A DNA stretch of 38,669 bases from IMG/VR virus record IMGVR_UViG_3300010203_000020, positions 1 to 38,669 of that record. One strand, written 5' to 3'. Under the pieces are notes generated by a model. It saw only the letters and a list, made by a program, of their open reading frames with translations, was not told the origin of the DNA and did no database searches. Positions 6,995 to 16,313 of the stretch are shown one piece after another. Position 1 is the first letter of the stretch. Every line of letters begins with the position of its first letter. A program made the translations under genes and the position numbers. Source of the stretch: a virus (lineage: Duplodnaviria; Caudoviricetes).

Positions 6995-8419
6995 TTACTG
7001 GGCGGCCAGCAGGGTGGTGGCTTCGGTGATCAGCTCTTCGTAATAGTCGCTGGACCGATGCATGCGGAAACGAAGGTGCTCGATCGGCGCCGGGGCCTCG
7101 TTGTCGAAATCGACAGTGAACTCGCCCGCCATCAGCAGGTCCTTGGTGTTGAGGTCGGGATCGATCCAGACCTTGCCGCCGAGCAACCACCCGTCCGTTT
7201 TCTTCCCGGCCAGATAGAGATTGAGGCTGTCGCAGCAGTCGATGATGGCCTGGACGGAAAACGGGCGATCCATGATCCAGAGATAGCCCGCCTCGATGCT
7301 CTCGTTGATCACGTCGTGGACGCGGCGCACCGGCAGGAACGCCCAGAGGGGATCGTCGCTGCACGTCCGGTTGCCCCACAGGCGATAGCCGTTCTCGTAC
7401 ACGATGGTGGCCACGTCGTTGCTGTTGAGGTAATTGGCCACGCAATCGGGATCGTTGATGGCGAAGTCGATCGGGCGGCTGGTGCCGGTGATCCCGGTGA
7501 TGACATGGTTCGACGGCGACCAGTGCGGCCCCTTGCCCTTGGTGTTATCGACCATCGCGATCAGACCGGCCACCCAGGCGCTGCCGGGATGGACCACGGT
7601 CATCGACAGCGTGGTGTCCCACACCGACACGAAGGGATCGACCAGATAGACGCGGGCAGTGCCCCAATCCTTACGGTCCTGTACCGCCGCTTCGTCGGTG
7701 GTGTTCGGCCCTTCCTTCACGATGGAAGCGCGCAGCCTGTTGGCGATGCCGACCATTTCCGCCGTCACGGGATTGGCGGTGGCGCCGGTGGTGGCGGTGG
7801 CCGAGGCACCAGCGCCGTCGCCGGTGATGGTGACGACGGGATTGGCGGTATAACCGACCCCGGCCCGGGTCAGGGTGATCGCGGTGATCTTGCCCTGTTC
7901 GATGACCGCATTGGCCGCCGCGCCGTGGCCACCGCCACCGCTGATCTCGACCGTGGCCTTGGTGTAGTTGGCCCCCTGAGCGGTGATCTCGATCGTCTTG
8001 ACGCCCTGGGGCTTGATGCTGGTGAAGCCCGGCGCGATCAGGATTTTCGGCGCGACACCCAGGATGGACTTGGCGGCGCGGAAGGCGTGGACGCCGGTCA
8101 TCAACGTGACATTGCCGATGATGTTGGACAGGGTCTCGGAGGCTGAGACGCCCTCGGGCACGCGGACCAGCACGATGGTGGCACCGGCCTGGGCGTAGAT
8201 CGCGCTGACCGCGTCGAACAGCGTGCCCGCCTTTTTCAGCTTGGCCGCCTTGCGCGGGTTATTCGCGAGCAGAATGGGGGTGTGATAGGGGAAATCGACC
8301 TCGGACGCCTCGGGCGCGGTGCCGATAACGCCAATCACCGACGATTTAACGGTACGGATGGGACGAATGCCGTCGGTCACTTCGGCAACTTCGATCCCGT
8401 GCAGGAAACTACCAGCCAT
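6995..8419 (-). CDS. Tail sheath protein (P2 FI-like)
   Basis: FLHGIEV, PKILIAPGF, HWSPSN, GYRLWGNRT; ATG 8419 with AAGGAG. Confidence 0.93.
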   Translation of the reverse strand: MAGSFLHGIEVAEVTDGIRPIRTVKSSVIGVIGTAPEASEVDFPYHTPILLANNPRKAAKLKKAGTLFDAVSAIYAQAGATIVLVRVPEGVSASETLSNIIGNVTLMTGVHAFRAAKSILGVAPKILIAPGFTSIKPQGVKTIEITAQGANYTKATVEISGGGGHGAAANAVIEQGKITAITLTRAGVGYTANPVVTITGDGAGASATATTGATANPVTAEMVGIANRLRASIVKEGPNTTDEAAVQDRKDWGTARVYLVDPFVSVWDTTLSMTVVHPGSAWVAGLIAMVDNTKGKGPHWSPSNHVITGITGTSRPIDFAINDPDCVANYLNSNDVATIVYENGYRLWGNRTCSDDPLWAFLPVRRVHDVINESIEAGYLWIMDRPFSVQAIIDCCDSLNLYLAGKKTDGWLLGGKVWIDPDLNTKDLLMAGEFTVDFDNEAPAPIEHLRFRMHRSSDYYEELITEATTLLAAQ

Positions 8420-8430
8420 GAGACGGCTCC

Positions 8431-8958
8431 TTAGGCGGTGGTGGGGCAAAGACTAGCGGGCTCGACCGGCCAGACCGGTGCCGCCGGGTCGGTGGTGACC
8501 TCGGGCATGTCGCGCAGTGCTTGCGCGTAGGTCGCCCAGGCGGTGGCTTGGGCATCGGTCAGAGTGGTCGGCAGGCCGAAATCACGCTGATTCCTGTGGC
8601 GGTCCAGAATGGCGGTAGCCCCGAGCAAGCGGGTGTCGCGCTCGGCGCGCAAAGCGGCCCAGGCGGTTTCAAGCGCCTGGGCCTCGGCGGCGGCGATCTG
8701 CTCCGCCCCCATCGGGGTTACCGTGCGGCGGACAATGACGACATCGCCGTCGATGACCGGCGGCGCGGTGCCGCCGATCTCCAGCGGTCCCGGCTCGGCT
8801 CCGTCCAGCACGACGGCGCGGATGACGTAATCACCGGCGACGTGAGGCAAGACGGACAGCGGCCCCAGCACGGTGGTGCCATCGGGCAAGAGGATCGCCT
8901 TGGCGTGGCGCGTATAGGCGACAAAATCGCCGCCACGAGTAATAGCAAGCTCAAACAT
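8431..8958 (-). CDS. Tail fibre assembly chaperone-like protein
   Basis: C-terminal LRAERDTRL...WATYAQALRDMP...PVWPVEP motif; ATG 8958. Confidence 0.75.
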   Translation of the reverse strand: MFELAITRGGDFVAYTRHAKAILLPDGTTVLGPLSVLPHVAGDYVIRAVVLDGAEPGPLEIGGTAPPVIDGDVVIVRRTVTPMGAEQIAAAEAQALETAWAALRAERDTRLLGATAILDRHRNQRDFGLPTTLTDAQATAWATYAQALRDMPEVTTDPAAPVWPVEPASLCPTTA

Positions 8959-8965
8959 GGTGGGG

Positions 8966-11020
8966 TTACCTCGCGGTGGCAGGGGCGACGCAGACGCCGC
9001 CGATGGGACGACCGATCTGGAGGTGAACGTAGGTTTCGCCCGGCGCACCGATTTCGACGGCGGCGGTGTTTGGCCTGGCCCCGCCCACATCCAGGTCGGC
9101 GGTATAGGTGCTGTCCAACGGGCCGATATCGTTTAGGTCAAGGCAAGGTTTCGGGTTACCGCTGGCGGTGGCGTCCAGCCAGACCCGATGTTCGCCCGTG
9201 CCCGTGATGCGCTTTTGATAGAACAGCAGCGGGGCAACATCTGCGGCGGCGAAGGGATAGCTGGCGGCACCGCGATATGTGCCCAGCGCGATGAAACCCG
9301 CCCGCTCGGCAAGCACCACCACGCGATAGGTTCCGCTGGGCATCCCCGCGCCGATCTGAAAGGCGTTGGCGCCGAAGCCGGTCAGGTCGGCATTGGCGGT
9401 GGCGGTCGTCTTGATGTTGAAGGTCAGCAGGGAACCGGCGGGCAGGTCCGGGTGCCACTCCAGCCAATCGCCCGCCGCGTCCACCCGCTTCGCCAGCACC
9501 ATGGACCGTAGGGTGGCAAGGCCATGGTTGACCGTGGTGGCCGTGCCCGTGGTGTGGAGGACCTCGGCGCTGTAAACGCCGTACTTTTTACCGATGCGCA
9601 GTCGCAGGCCGACATAGGCGGCACTCGCCGTCAAAGCCGCTGCCGCGCCCTTGCTGACAGAACTGTCAGACGCCACCGACTTCGTGAGGTCGTCGGCGAA
9701 GCGCCATCGCCAGCTTTCGTTGCCGTCGAGCCGCTTGATGATCTCCAGCCAGCCGTCGGTGTTCCAGTGAGCGCACGTGGCGTCGAGCACCTGGACGATA
9801 TTGGCCCCGGTGGCGCTGGCCTGGGCCAGTCCCTCGGCCGGGTCTTTGATGTCCGGCTCGGGCAGATTAGCGGTGCAGAGGGGTTTGCACCCCGTAGTCG
9901 GCGCAAAGGAGGTGGAGAGGCGCACGCGTGCCGCCACGTCGCAGCTAACTGCGAACATAAGCTTGCCTCCAGAGGGGGCATCAAATCCGCCAGTCCCGGC
10001 GACCGGGTCGCCACCCCCGATCCATCCACTACTGAGGCGGCACACCCACACTTTCCGCGCCGCGCCATCGTAGACCACGCGCACGCGATCTCCGACGGTG
10101 TGTGCGCCCAAGCCGCTGAGGACGGCCACACCATCGCGCAACAAGTTGCCATGGTTATTAAGGCCCATTCCATTTCCGGCTGATCCGCCCATGCTGAGAT
10201 TGCCGGACACATCCGCCGTGGCGGGTGCGATGCCTATGCAAGGCATTATGGCGTATGTCGATAATATCTCGACCTCCGCCTCCCATCGCCCGGTGTCGGG
10301 CAGCGAGATGGATGTCAGGACGATGGATTCGTAGCCGCCCGCACCAGCCTCGGTGTTGGCGCGAGCTAAGCCGTTGGTGCTGCGCAACACCAACGGACTG
10401 AAAGCCGGATAGACATTGGTCGGCGTGCTGGGCACCGTGTCCTTGCCCGCGCTGTCGAAGCCGGTGCCGGTGAAGTGGTTGCCCCGCCCGCTGATGTCCT
10501 TGCCGGGGTTCAGCGGATCGGAAAAGTCCAGGCGAAAGCCCTTCGCGCCGAAGGTCGCGGCATCGAACGAGGCGGCCTTGTGCACCCACACGCCATGGAT
10601 ATTGACCATGCCGAAGGCGGTCGGCGGGACATGGGCATCGCCCGCCAGAAAGATCACCTCGCACAGCAGCGCCTTGAGGCCGGACCCGATGACTTGCCCG
10701 AATGCCGCCACCCCCGCCGCAACCCTCTGCCCGTTGACGTAGACGCCGTCGGCGTTGGCGACGATGTGTAAAAAGGCCCCCGTATCGCGCCACCGGGCCG
10801 ACGAGCCATTCAGGGCATCGGAGGCGTCGAACGCCAGCCCGGTCACGACGGTCCCGGCCCCAAGGGAGCAGCGCTGCACCCAGCATGAAAAGGTTCCGGC
10901 ACCGAGCGGGGCGGCGGCGGTCAGAGTCTGCGCGCCGTCGAAGACCTGTGATGCGGCCAGCGGCGTGGGGGCAATGTAGCAGGCCGGGGCCACGGCTGGT
11001 TGAGTCAGGAAGGGCAACAT
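8966..11020 (-). CDS. Putative receptor-binding/distal tail fibre protein with lectin-like (ConA/SPRY-like) domains
   Basis: 684 aa, beta-rich; TFSCWVQR, FG..GFRLDFSD...GKD.SGRGNHF, G.WEAEV..IGIA..GD.V.V.YD..KVW motifs; position before the chaperone. Confidence 0.65.
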   Translation of the reverse strand: MLPFLTQPAVAPACYIAPTPLAASQVFDGAQTLTAAAPLGAGTFSCWVQRCSLGAGTVVTGLAFDASDALNGSSARWRDTGAFLHIVANADGVYVNGQRVAAGVAAFGQVIGSGLKALLCEVIFLAGDAHVPPTAFGMVNIHGVWVHKAASFDAATFGAKGFRLDFSDPLNPGKDISGRGNHFTGTGFDSAGKDTVPSTPTNVYPAFSPLVLRSTNGLARANTEAGAGGYESIVLTSISLPDTGRWEAEVEILSTYAIMPCIGIAPATADVSGNLSMGGSAGNGMGLNNHGNLLRDGVAVLSGLGAHTVGDRVRVVYDGAARKVWVCRLSSGWIGGGDPVAGTGGFDAPSGGKLMFAVSCDVAARVRLSTSFAPTTGCKPLCTANLPEPDIKDPAEGLAQASATGANIVQVLDATCAHWNTDGWLEIIKRLDGNESWRWRFADDLTKSVASDSSVSKGAAAALTASAAYVGLRLRIGKKYGVYSAEVLHTTGTATTVNHGLATLRSMVLAKRVDAAGDWLEWHPDLPAGSLLTFNIKTTATANADLTGFGANAFQIGAGMPSGTYRVVVLAERAGFIALGTYRGAASYPFAAADVAPLLFYQKRITGTGEHRVWLDATASGNPKPCLDLNDIGPLDSTYTADLDVGGARPNTAAVEIGAPGETYVHLQIGRPIGGVCVAPATAR

Positions 11021-11023
11021 GGA

Positions 11024-11983
11024 TCACGCCCCCCGCTGGCTGATGACGACATCGAGCGCGGTGCCCGTGCCGTCGCTGGTGATCCACAGCAGATTGACCG
11101 CGTTGGCTGCGGTGGACCACGACCCGGCCGCCAGCTTGTAGCCGCTGGCGAGCGTCAGGGTGCGGCCGCCGGTGGCGTCCTGGGCGATCACCACCAGCAT
11201 CATGCCCGCCCGCCCCGCCAGCGCCGCCGGAAACGCCAAGGTCAAACTGGTGGTGGCCGTCAGGGTGAACACATTGCCCGCCGCCAGATCGGGCGTGGCC
11301 GTACCGCCAGTGATGGCCAGCGGGACCGGCTTGGTCCAATAGCCCGCCTCGACAATGCTGGACACATCCTTGCGCAGGAAGGTGGCCCCGCCCATCCCGG
11401 CCGCGATCAGCGCGATCAGCGCGTGGGTCAATTGCTCCGCGTCCAGGTCATCCCAATCCTGGCCGCTGGTCTCCACCGTGTGGCGCACTTTGGCCTTGAG
11501 GCGGGCCTGATCCAGCGACCATGCATTGAGAGCGGCGGAACCGTTGTAGTCGATGGTGATGGCGTTGGGCGGCAGGTCGGTCCACGCCAGGACGAAGCGG
11601 AAAATCCACGGCGTGACCGCGCCTCGCCATCCCAGGTTGGTGGAGGCCGACGACCACACCGCCAGCAGCACACCGGCATCGGTGATGAAACCCACTTCCT
11701 TGACCCAGAATTCCGGCTCATCGGCCGGGACTTCGGCCAGCATCGTGACGCTGGTCGGGCTGTCATCGCCACCGGCGGTCACCGCGACGCGGACGCGCTC
11801 GTTGCCCAGCGCCACCATGGCCCGCGCGGCAACCGTCGGCAGGCCGTCACCGTCGCGCACCGCCACTCCTGAATCACCCAGGGCGATGTGAGTAACCTTG
11901 ACCGCCATGCCCTGCTGGTGGGCGGCCTGGATCGCCGTCAACCCGGCGGAGGTGAAGACAGGCAGTAGGTCCAGCTCGCTCAT
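11024..11983 (-). CDS. Proximal tail fibre / tail-collar protein
   Basis: T.AGL.A...THIALGD, FWVKEVG...G.LLAVWS anchor domain; follows gpI. Confidence 0.75.
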   Translation of the reverse strand: MSELDLLPVFTSAGLTAIQAAHQQGMAVKVTHIALGDSGVAVRDGDGLPTVAARAMVALGNERVRVAVTAGGDDSPTSVTMLAEVPADEPEFWVKEVGFITDAGVLLAVWSSASTNLGWRGAVTPWIFRFVLAWTDLPPNAITIDYNGSAALNAWSLDQARLKAKVRHTVETSGQDWDDLDAEQLTHALIALIAAGMGGATFLRKDVSSIVEAGYWTKPVPLAITGGTATPDLAAGNVFTLTATTSLTLAFPAALAGRAGMMLVVIAQDATGGRTLTLASGYKLAAGSWSTAANAVNLLWITSDGTGTALDVVISQRGA

Positions 11984-12681
11984 TGGGCGGTCATCCTTGC
12001 GTCAAACAGGTGGACGGCATCCGCGCCGTTGGCGGCAGCGGTGCCCAGGCGCAATCCCATGGGAGCAGTGGCGCGGATCGCGACCAGACGACAAGCGTCG
12101 GCTCCGGCGGCTTGGCCGATGCTCAGGGGCAAACCCTGCGGGCAGGTGGCGCGGGCGGAAACCGATTGCAGCGCAGCAGCCATGGCAGCTAGGCACAAGG
12201 TGGTGCCAAGGCGGGCACCGACGCGGATGGCGGCGTCGGTGCGCAGCGCCTTGGTCGCGTCCACCATCTCGACCAGGTCGAGTTGACCATCGGCATCGAG
12301 GACGATGTTGGTCTCACTGGCGGGCTTGGCCCAGGCGGTTACCGTCATGGTGTAGGGCTGGCCCTTGGGCTCGGTCTCAAACCAGCGCACGATGCTTGCC
12401 TCAATGCCGAGGCTGGCGATCCCCGATTTAATGGCCGGTAAAGTGCCTTTGATGCGGTGCACGGAGTAGGCCGCGTCGATCACCTGGCGCTTGACCGTCT
12501 CGGGCCAGTCGGCGCGCCAGTAATCGACGCTGTACTGCCACGCAAGCCAGGGCAGGAACTGCACCGGGCACTTCCACGGATCCCACAGCGTGTCGATCGG
12601 ATTGGGAATCTCCGTGATCAGCGCCAACGCATGCTCCAGCGCGGTCTCGAAGGGGGTGGCGTTGGACGGCAGCAAGGTCAT
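11980..12681 (-). CDS. P2 gpI-like tail/baseplate protein
   Basis: LLPSNATPFE, LWDPWKCP..FLPWLAW..SVD.W, HRIKGT; ATG 12681. Confidence 0.9.
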   Translation of the reverse strand: MTLLPSNATPFETALEHALALITEIPNPIDTLWDPWKCPVQFLPWLAWQYSVDYWRADWPETVKRQVIDAAYSVHRIKGTLPAIKSGIASLGIEASIVRWFETEPKGQPYTMTVTAWAKPASETNIVLDADGQLDLVEMVDATKALRTDAAIRVGARLGTTLCLAAMAAALQSVSARATCPQGLPLSIGQAAGADACRLVAIRATAPMGLRLGTAAANGADAVHLFDARMTAQ

Positions 12682-13604
12682 GCCGACGCCCCCCGCACGC
12701 GGATGTTGATGCCGTCGCAGTAATAGGCGGTGCGTGACTGGGCGGCCAAGGTAGCGGCCGGTTCCATGATGTGGACTTCGCGCACGGCGGCGACGTGCAT
12801 CGCGCCGTCCAGGCCCGAATGGGCCACTGGCTCCATCAGCTTGTGCTGTTTGGCGGCATAGGCGGCGGCATTGGTCTTGGCCGCAGACAAAGCCGCCTCG
12901 GCATCGGGCAGGCTGTAGAGGTCCAGGTCGGCCGTGATCCGGTAATGCACCACGGTGGCACCGGCCACGGTTACATCGTCGCTGTCCGGACGCAGTTCCT
13001 GCATCTGATCGGCGGGCGCGATCTTGTCGCGCACCGCCTGTAGCACCGCCTCGCTGGGGGTGCCGTCGCCGTCGCGGCCGAGGATGGTCACCAGGATGTG
13101 GCCGGGCGAGGTGCGCTCGGCCCATGCGTCCTTGACCTTGGGATGGGCGGACAAAGCGTGGAAGATATAGGCGCCCTTCGGACCGGCGACGCTCAGCGCC
13201 TCGTAAGCCAGATGGGCTCGACGCCGCAGAGAACCGTCGTCTTCGTAGGTCGGATCGACCGGCGGCACGGCGGATGGATCGCCGGGATCGATGATTTGAC
13301 GCTTTACCTTGAAGTGGGCGGCGGCGATGTCGAGATCGTTGTTCTCGGCCTTGGCCAACATCACGGCGCGTGCAGCGTCGTTCTTCTTCTGGCGCTCCTG
13401 CACCACCATCTCGGCACCGACTTCCAGGACGATTTTCGCGGGATCGCTTTCCAACAAAACGGTGGCGGACGGATCGAGGCCGCGCTCCAGCGCCTTCTGC
13501 TGGTAACGAGTGACCATGGTGGCCAGGATCACCTCGTAATCGAGGGTCTCGACCACGTCGGGCGCGGGCAGGCTGGCAAAGTCGATGTCGTCGAACCGGC
13601 TCAT
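12678..13604 (-). CDS. Baseplate wedge protein gpJ
   Basis: ID..SLPAPDVVE.LDYE.IL, LESDP, LSVAGP.GAY.FHALSA. Confidence 0.92.
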   Translation of the reverse strand: MSRFDDIDFASLPAPDVVETLDYEVILATMVTRYQQKALERGLDPSATVLLESDPAKIVLEVGAEMVVQERQKKNDAARAVMLAKAENNDLDIAAAHFKVKRQIIDPGDPSAVPPVDPTYEDDGSLRRRAHLAYEALSVAGPKGAYIFHALSAHPKVKDAWAERTSPGHILVTILGRDGDGTPSEAVLQAVRDKIAPADQMQELRPDSDDVTVAGATVVHYRITADLDLYSLPDAEAALSAAKTNAAAYAAKQHKLMEPVAHSGLDGAMHVAAVREVHIMEPAATLAAQSRTAYYCDGINIRVRGASA

Positions 13605-13939
13605 TCGATCACGATCCCATCCAGCGAGACACGGCGGCCCTCGGGCAGATAGATGCCGTCCAGATCCAGCACGCAGCGGCCGGGAGTGGACTGGTCAACG
13701 ATGACGCGTTCCAGACGATAGCGCGGCTCCCACTCGTCCAGCGCGGCGGCGGTGTCGGCGATGATGTCGATGGCCAGCGCCGGGCCAGCCGGATTGTCGA
13801 TGCGGTCGGGCAGGCGCGAACCGAAGGCGCGGCGACGATCACGCGTGCCGATCCGCGTGGTCAGGATCTTGCTGATCGACTGGCGCAGATGGCTGACGCC
13901 GCCCAGTCGCTTGCCCGTGGCCGCATCCATGCCCTGCAT
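13601..13939 (-). CDS. Baseplate protein gpW (gp25-like)
   Basis: GM...TGK.L...HLRQSI..ILTTRIGTR..RR.FGS, WEPR. Confidence 0.92.
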   Translation of the reverse strand: MQGMDAATGKRLGGVSHLRQSISKILTTRIGTRDRRRAFGSRLPDRIDNPAGPALAIDIIADTAAALDEWEPRYRLERVIVDQSTPGRCVLDLDGIYLPEGRRVSLDGIVIE

Positions 13940-13943
13940 GGGA

Positions 13944-14138
13944 TCAGCCCTCGGCGCCGACGGCAGCGGCCTTGCGCGGCGGCTTGGCGGGCGCGACGTC
14001 CGCTTCGGTCTTTTCAGCCAGCACTCCGGCCTGCACCAGATATTTGGCGGCCGAGGGCGGCAAATCGACGGTGTCGCCAGCCACCTTGGTCGGCCACTGG
14101 CGGGACTCGGTCAGCAGGGTGTAGGTCGTGGTGCTCAT
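13944..14138 (-). CDS. Small hypothetical virion-module protein
   Basis: 64 aa, GGAGG RBS, coupled to gpV. Confidence 0.6.
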   Translation of the reverse strand: MSTTTYTLLTESRQWPTKVAGDTVDLPPSAAKYLVQAGVLAEKTEADVAPAKPPRKAAAVGAEG

Positions 14139-14728
14139 GCTTCTACCTCCGGGGAATGAAAGCCATGGTCGGGTTGGGCGGTGACGATGGCGCCAGACTC
14201 CCAGGTCTCGGTTTCGAACTGGGCGCCGCCCTTGTGGGTGATGCGGGTCGCCTTCCCGGCGTGATCGAGGTGGAAGAAGCCTCCGTCGCCGGTCTTAAGG
14301 ATCAGGTTCTTGGCGCGGATCTCGACCGTGCCGTCGGCGTCCCAGCCGTCGAGCACCAGGCGCCCCGGCTCATGCACGATGCGCATGCCGTCGGCATAGA
14401 CGACGACGTGGCGCGCGGGGTCGGTGTCGGGGGCCGGGAAGGCATCCGAGAACCCGGCCGGGAGCACCCAGCCCTGGTTGGGCTCGCCATCGGGCGCGAA
14501 CAGCACCGCCTGCTCGCCGACGCTCGGGCACCACCATTCGCGGTCGTTTCCGGCGCGGGCGGTCAGCCAGCGGACCCATCCGGTGGTCAGATCGCCCGAT
14601 TTGTGGCGGCACAGCTTGTTGTCCGGATCGACCGCCACGACTTGGCCCGGCCGCACGATGTTGGACAGGCGCCGTTCAAGGTCGGCAATCTGCTGTCGCA
14701 TCTCTTCGAGGATCACGGCCAAGCTCAT
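14135..14728 (-). CDS. Baseplate spike gpV
   Basis: LERRLSNIVRPG, W.TARAG..REWWCPSVGEQ; ATG 14728. Confidence 0.9.
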   Translation of the reverse strand: MSLAVILEEMRQQIADLERRLSNIVRPGQVVAVDPDNKLCRHKSGDLTTGWVRWLTARAGNDREWWCPSVGEQAVLFAPDGEPNQGWVLPAGFSDAFPAPDTDPARHVVVYADGMRIVHEPGRLVLDGWDADGTVEIRAKNLILKTGDGGFFHLDHAGKATRITHKGGAQFETETWESGAIVTAQPDHGFHSPEVEA

Positions 14729-15237
14729 GGCGTATCCTCCCCACCGGCATAAAGCTCGGCCGACAACACCGGGCCGTTGGGATAGGCGTTGTCGCCCATG
14801 CGGACACGCTGGGTCCACACCACCGCCCACAGCGTAATGCCGGTGGTACCCAGCTTGCTGGAATAGAGGTTCTCGGCCGTTGCCGCGCTCTCGCCGACGG
14901 GGTGGACGTTGGCCTCGTCCCAGCGCTGGCCGGGCAAGCGCAGCAGCAGATCCTCGACCATGGCCAGGGCGGCGGTGTCGCGCGGCAGCCTGGGCTTGTC
15001 GGTGGTCAGGATATAGGCGGCGAAGGCTACGTCGCGGTCCACCTCGCCGTCGCCCACCGCCTCGGCTTTGGGCAGGCCTAAGCAGGCGACGCGGATTGCC
15101 GGGGTCTTGACCGCCATGCGCTTGATCTCGTCCTCGGTCATCCGTCCGGGGCCGGTGGCGCAGTCGGCCTTGGGGAACCACCGGCCAATCTGGTCGGTGA
15201 TGGTCTGGCGCAGATTGATCAGCAGGGCCGCGCTCAA
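14725..15237 (-). CDS. Mu gp37-like tail terminator/completion protein
   Basis: PAIRVA.LG, AENLYS......LWAV.W.Q; position after gp36 and gpG-like genes. Confidence 0.65.
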   Translation of the reverse strand: MSAALLINLRQTITDQIGRWFPKADCATGPGRMTEDEIKRMAVKTPAIRVACLGLPKAEAVGDGEVDRDVAFAAYILTTDKPRLPRDTAALAMVEDLLLRLPGQRWDEANVHPVGESAATAENLYSSKLGTTGITLWAVVWTQRVRMGDNAYPNGPVLSAELYAGGEDTP

Positions 15238-15683
15238 TGGAGCACCCGCGTCACAAAGGCGTCGGCCACGTCGGCCACGTCGCCCCAGTTGTCGTCCGAC
15301 ATGCCGAGATACGGGCGTTCGGGAATCGGGATGCCGACTTCGTCGCCACCGAACTGGTGGATGGCTGCATAGACCAGATCGCTACCGACCAGGATGTCGC
15401 CACCGGCGACGACAAAATGGATGCTGTCGAGCAGGTCTCCTTCGTTCTCCAGCAGGCCATGGCCCTTGTGCCGACTGGAGGCCCAATTCGCCCCCCACTT
15501 TTCCCACGCCTTGCCGTCCGGGCTTTCCTTCTCTTCGTGGATGCGCCGCCGCGTCTGACTTTCGACCAGCGCGCCGATATTGTGGCGCAACGGGTCGAGT
15601 TGCATGGCCGGGAGCAATTCCAGCCGCTGCTGGAGTGCGGTCTGTCCGTCGAGGCGGATTTCAATCGCGGTGCTGGTCATCAC
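15234..15683 (-). CDS. Virion morphogenesis protein (Mu gpG / P2 gpS family)
   Basis: SPDGK.W, L...G.LLDSI, VGS.LVYAAIHQFGG, IPERPYLG. Confidence 0.88.
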   Translation of the reverse strand: MMTSTAIEIRLDGQTALQQRLELLPAMQLDPLRHNIGALVESQTRRRIHEEKESPDGKAWEKWGANWASSRHKGHGLLENEGDLLDSIHFVVAGGDILVGSDLVYAAIHQFGGDEVGIPIPERPYLGMSDDNWGDVADVADAFVTRVLH

Positions 15684-16108
15684 CAGCCTCGCAAGGCGTT
15701 GGGGCCGTACATGCGCGGCGCTTCGTCCAGCATCACGCCGCTGTCGGGGATGGCGGGGGCTGAGGTGGTCGAGAGGATGTCCAGGTCGGCTTGACCGCTG
15801 GAGATGCGCTTGAGCAGCCCCAGGGCGTCTTCATAGCGGACCCGCCGTTCGTCGGTCAGCCCGGACCCCTCGCCCGACATCTTGTAAAGGGCGATGTCCA
15901 CGCAGACATCGCGCACGAGGTCGGGCACCACCGGCCAGGGGGCGGGATAGCGGCCGAGCACATGGGCGTCGATGATGGCCGACGCCGACGTCAGGGCACG
16001 CTCGACGACGTTGACGTCGATCTCGCCGTCACCGTCGCGGTCGGCGACGATGGTCAGCAGATCAAGCCCATAGGCATCGACGATGTCAGACTGGGAGGCG
16101 TAAACCAT
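15680..16108 (-). CDS. Mu gp36-like head-tail adaptor (DUF1320)
   Basis: YASQSDI, AL..AS..ID.H..GRY..P, DIALY, RYEDA..LL..I..G; ATG 16108. Confidence 0.85.
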   Translation of the reverse strand: MVYASQSDIVDAYGLDLLTIVADRDGDGEIDVNVVERALTSASAIIDAHVLGRYPAPWPVVPDLVRDVCVDIALYKMSGEGSGLTDERRVRYEDALGLLKRISSGQADLDILSTTSAPAIPDSGVMLDEAPRMYGPNALRGW

Positions 16109-16112
16109 CGTT

Positions 16113-16313
16113 TTAACCCCTATTAAAATCGAGCTGATCGACCAGCTCGATCCAATCGGCACGGACGCCAGCCACCTCGCCGCCATAAATCAGGAAGACG
16201 ACGCTGTAATGCGTCACTCCGTCAGCGATATAGCTGGAGGTGACCTCGCCAACCTCGCTGCCGACGATCGCGGCGATCGGCAGCGGGCAAGTCTGGGTAA
16301 ACCGGGCCGCCAT
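16113..16313 (-). CDS. Hypothetical protein (66 aa)
   Basis: ATG overlaps the upstream stop (TGATG); fills the gap to gp36. Confidence 0.55.
   Translation of the reverse strand: MAARFTQTCPLPIAAIVGSEVGEVTSSYIADGVTHYSVVFLIYGGEVAGVRADWIELVDQLDFNRG

Noticed and set aside
8431-11983. Diversity-generating retroelement or invertible fibre segment
   Set aside because: No reverse transcriptase, invertase, duplicated fibre end or flanking inverted repeats seen
16111-16128. TTAA-N6-TTAA as a CtrA box
   Set aside because: Spacing is 6 rather than 7, and it coincides with a stop codon and RBS
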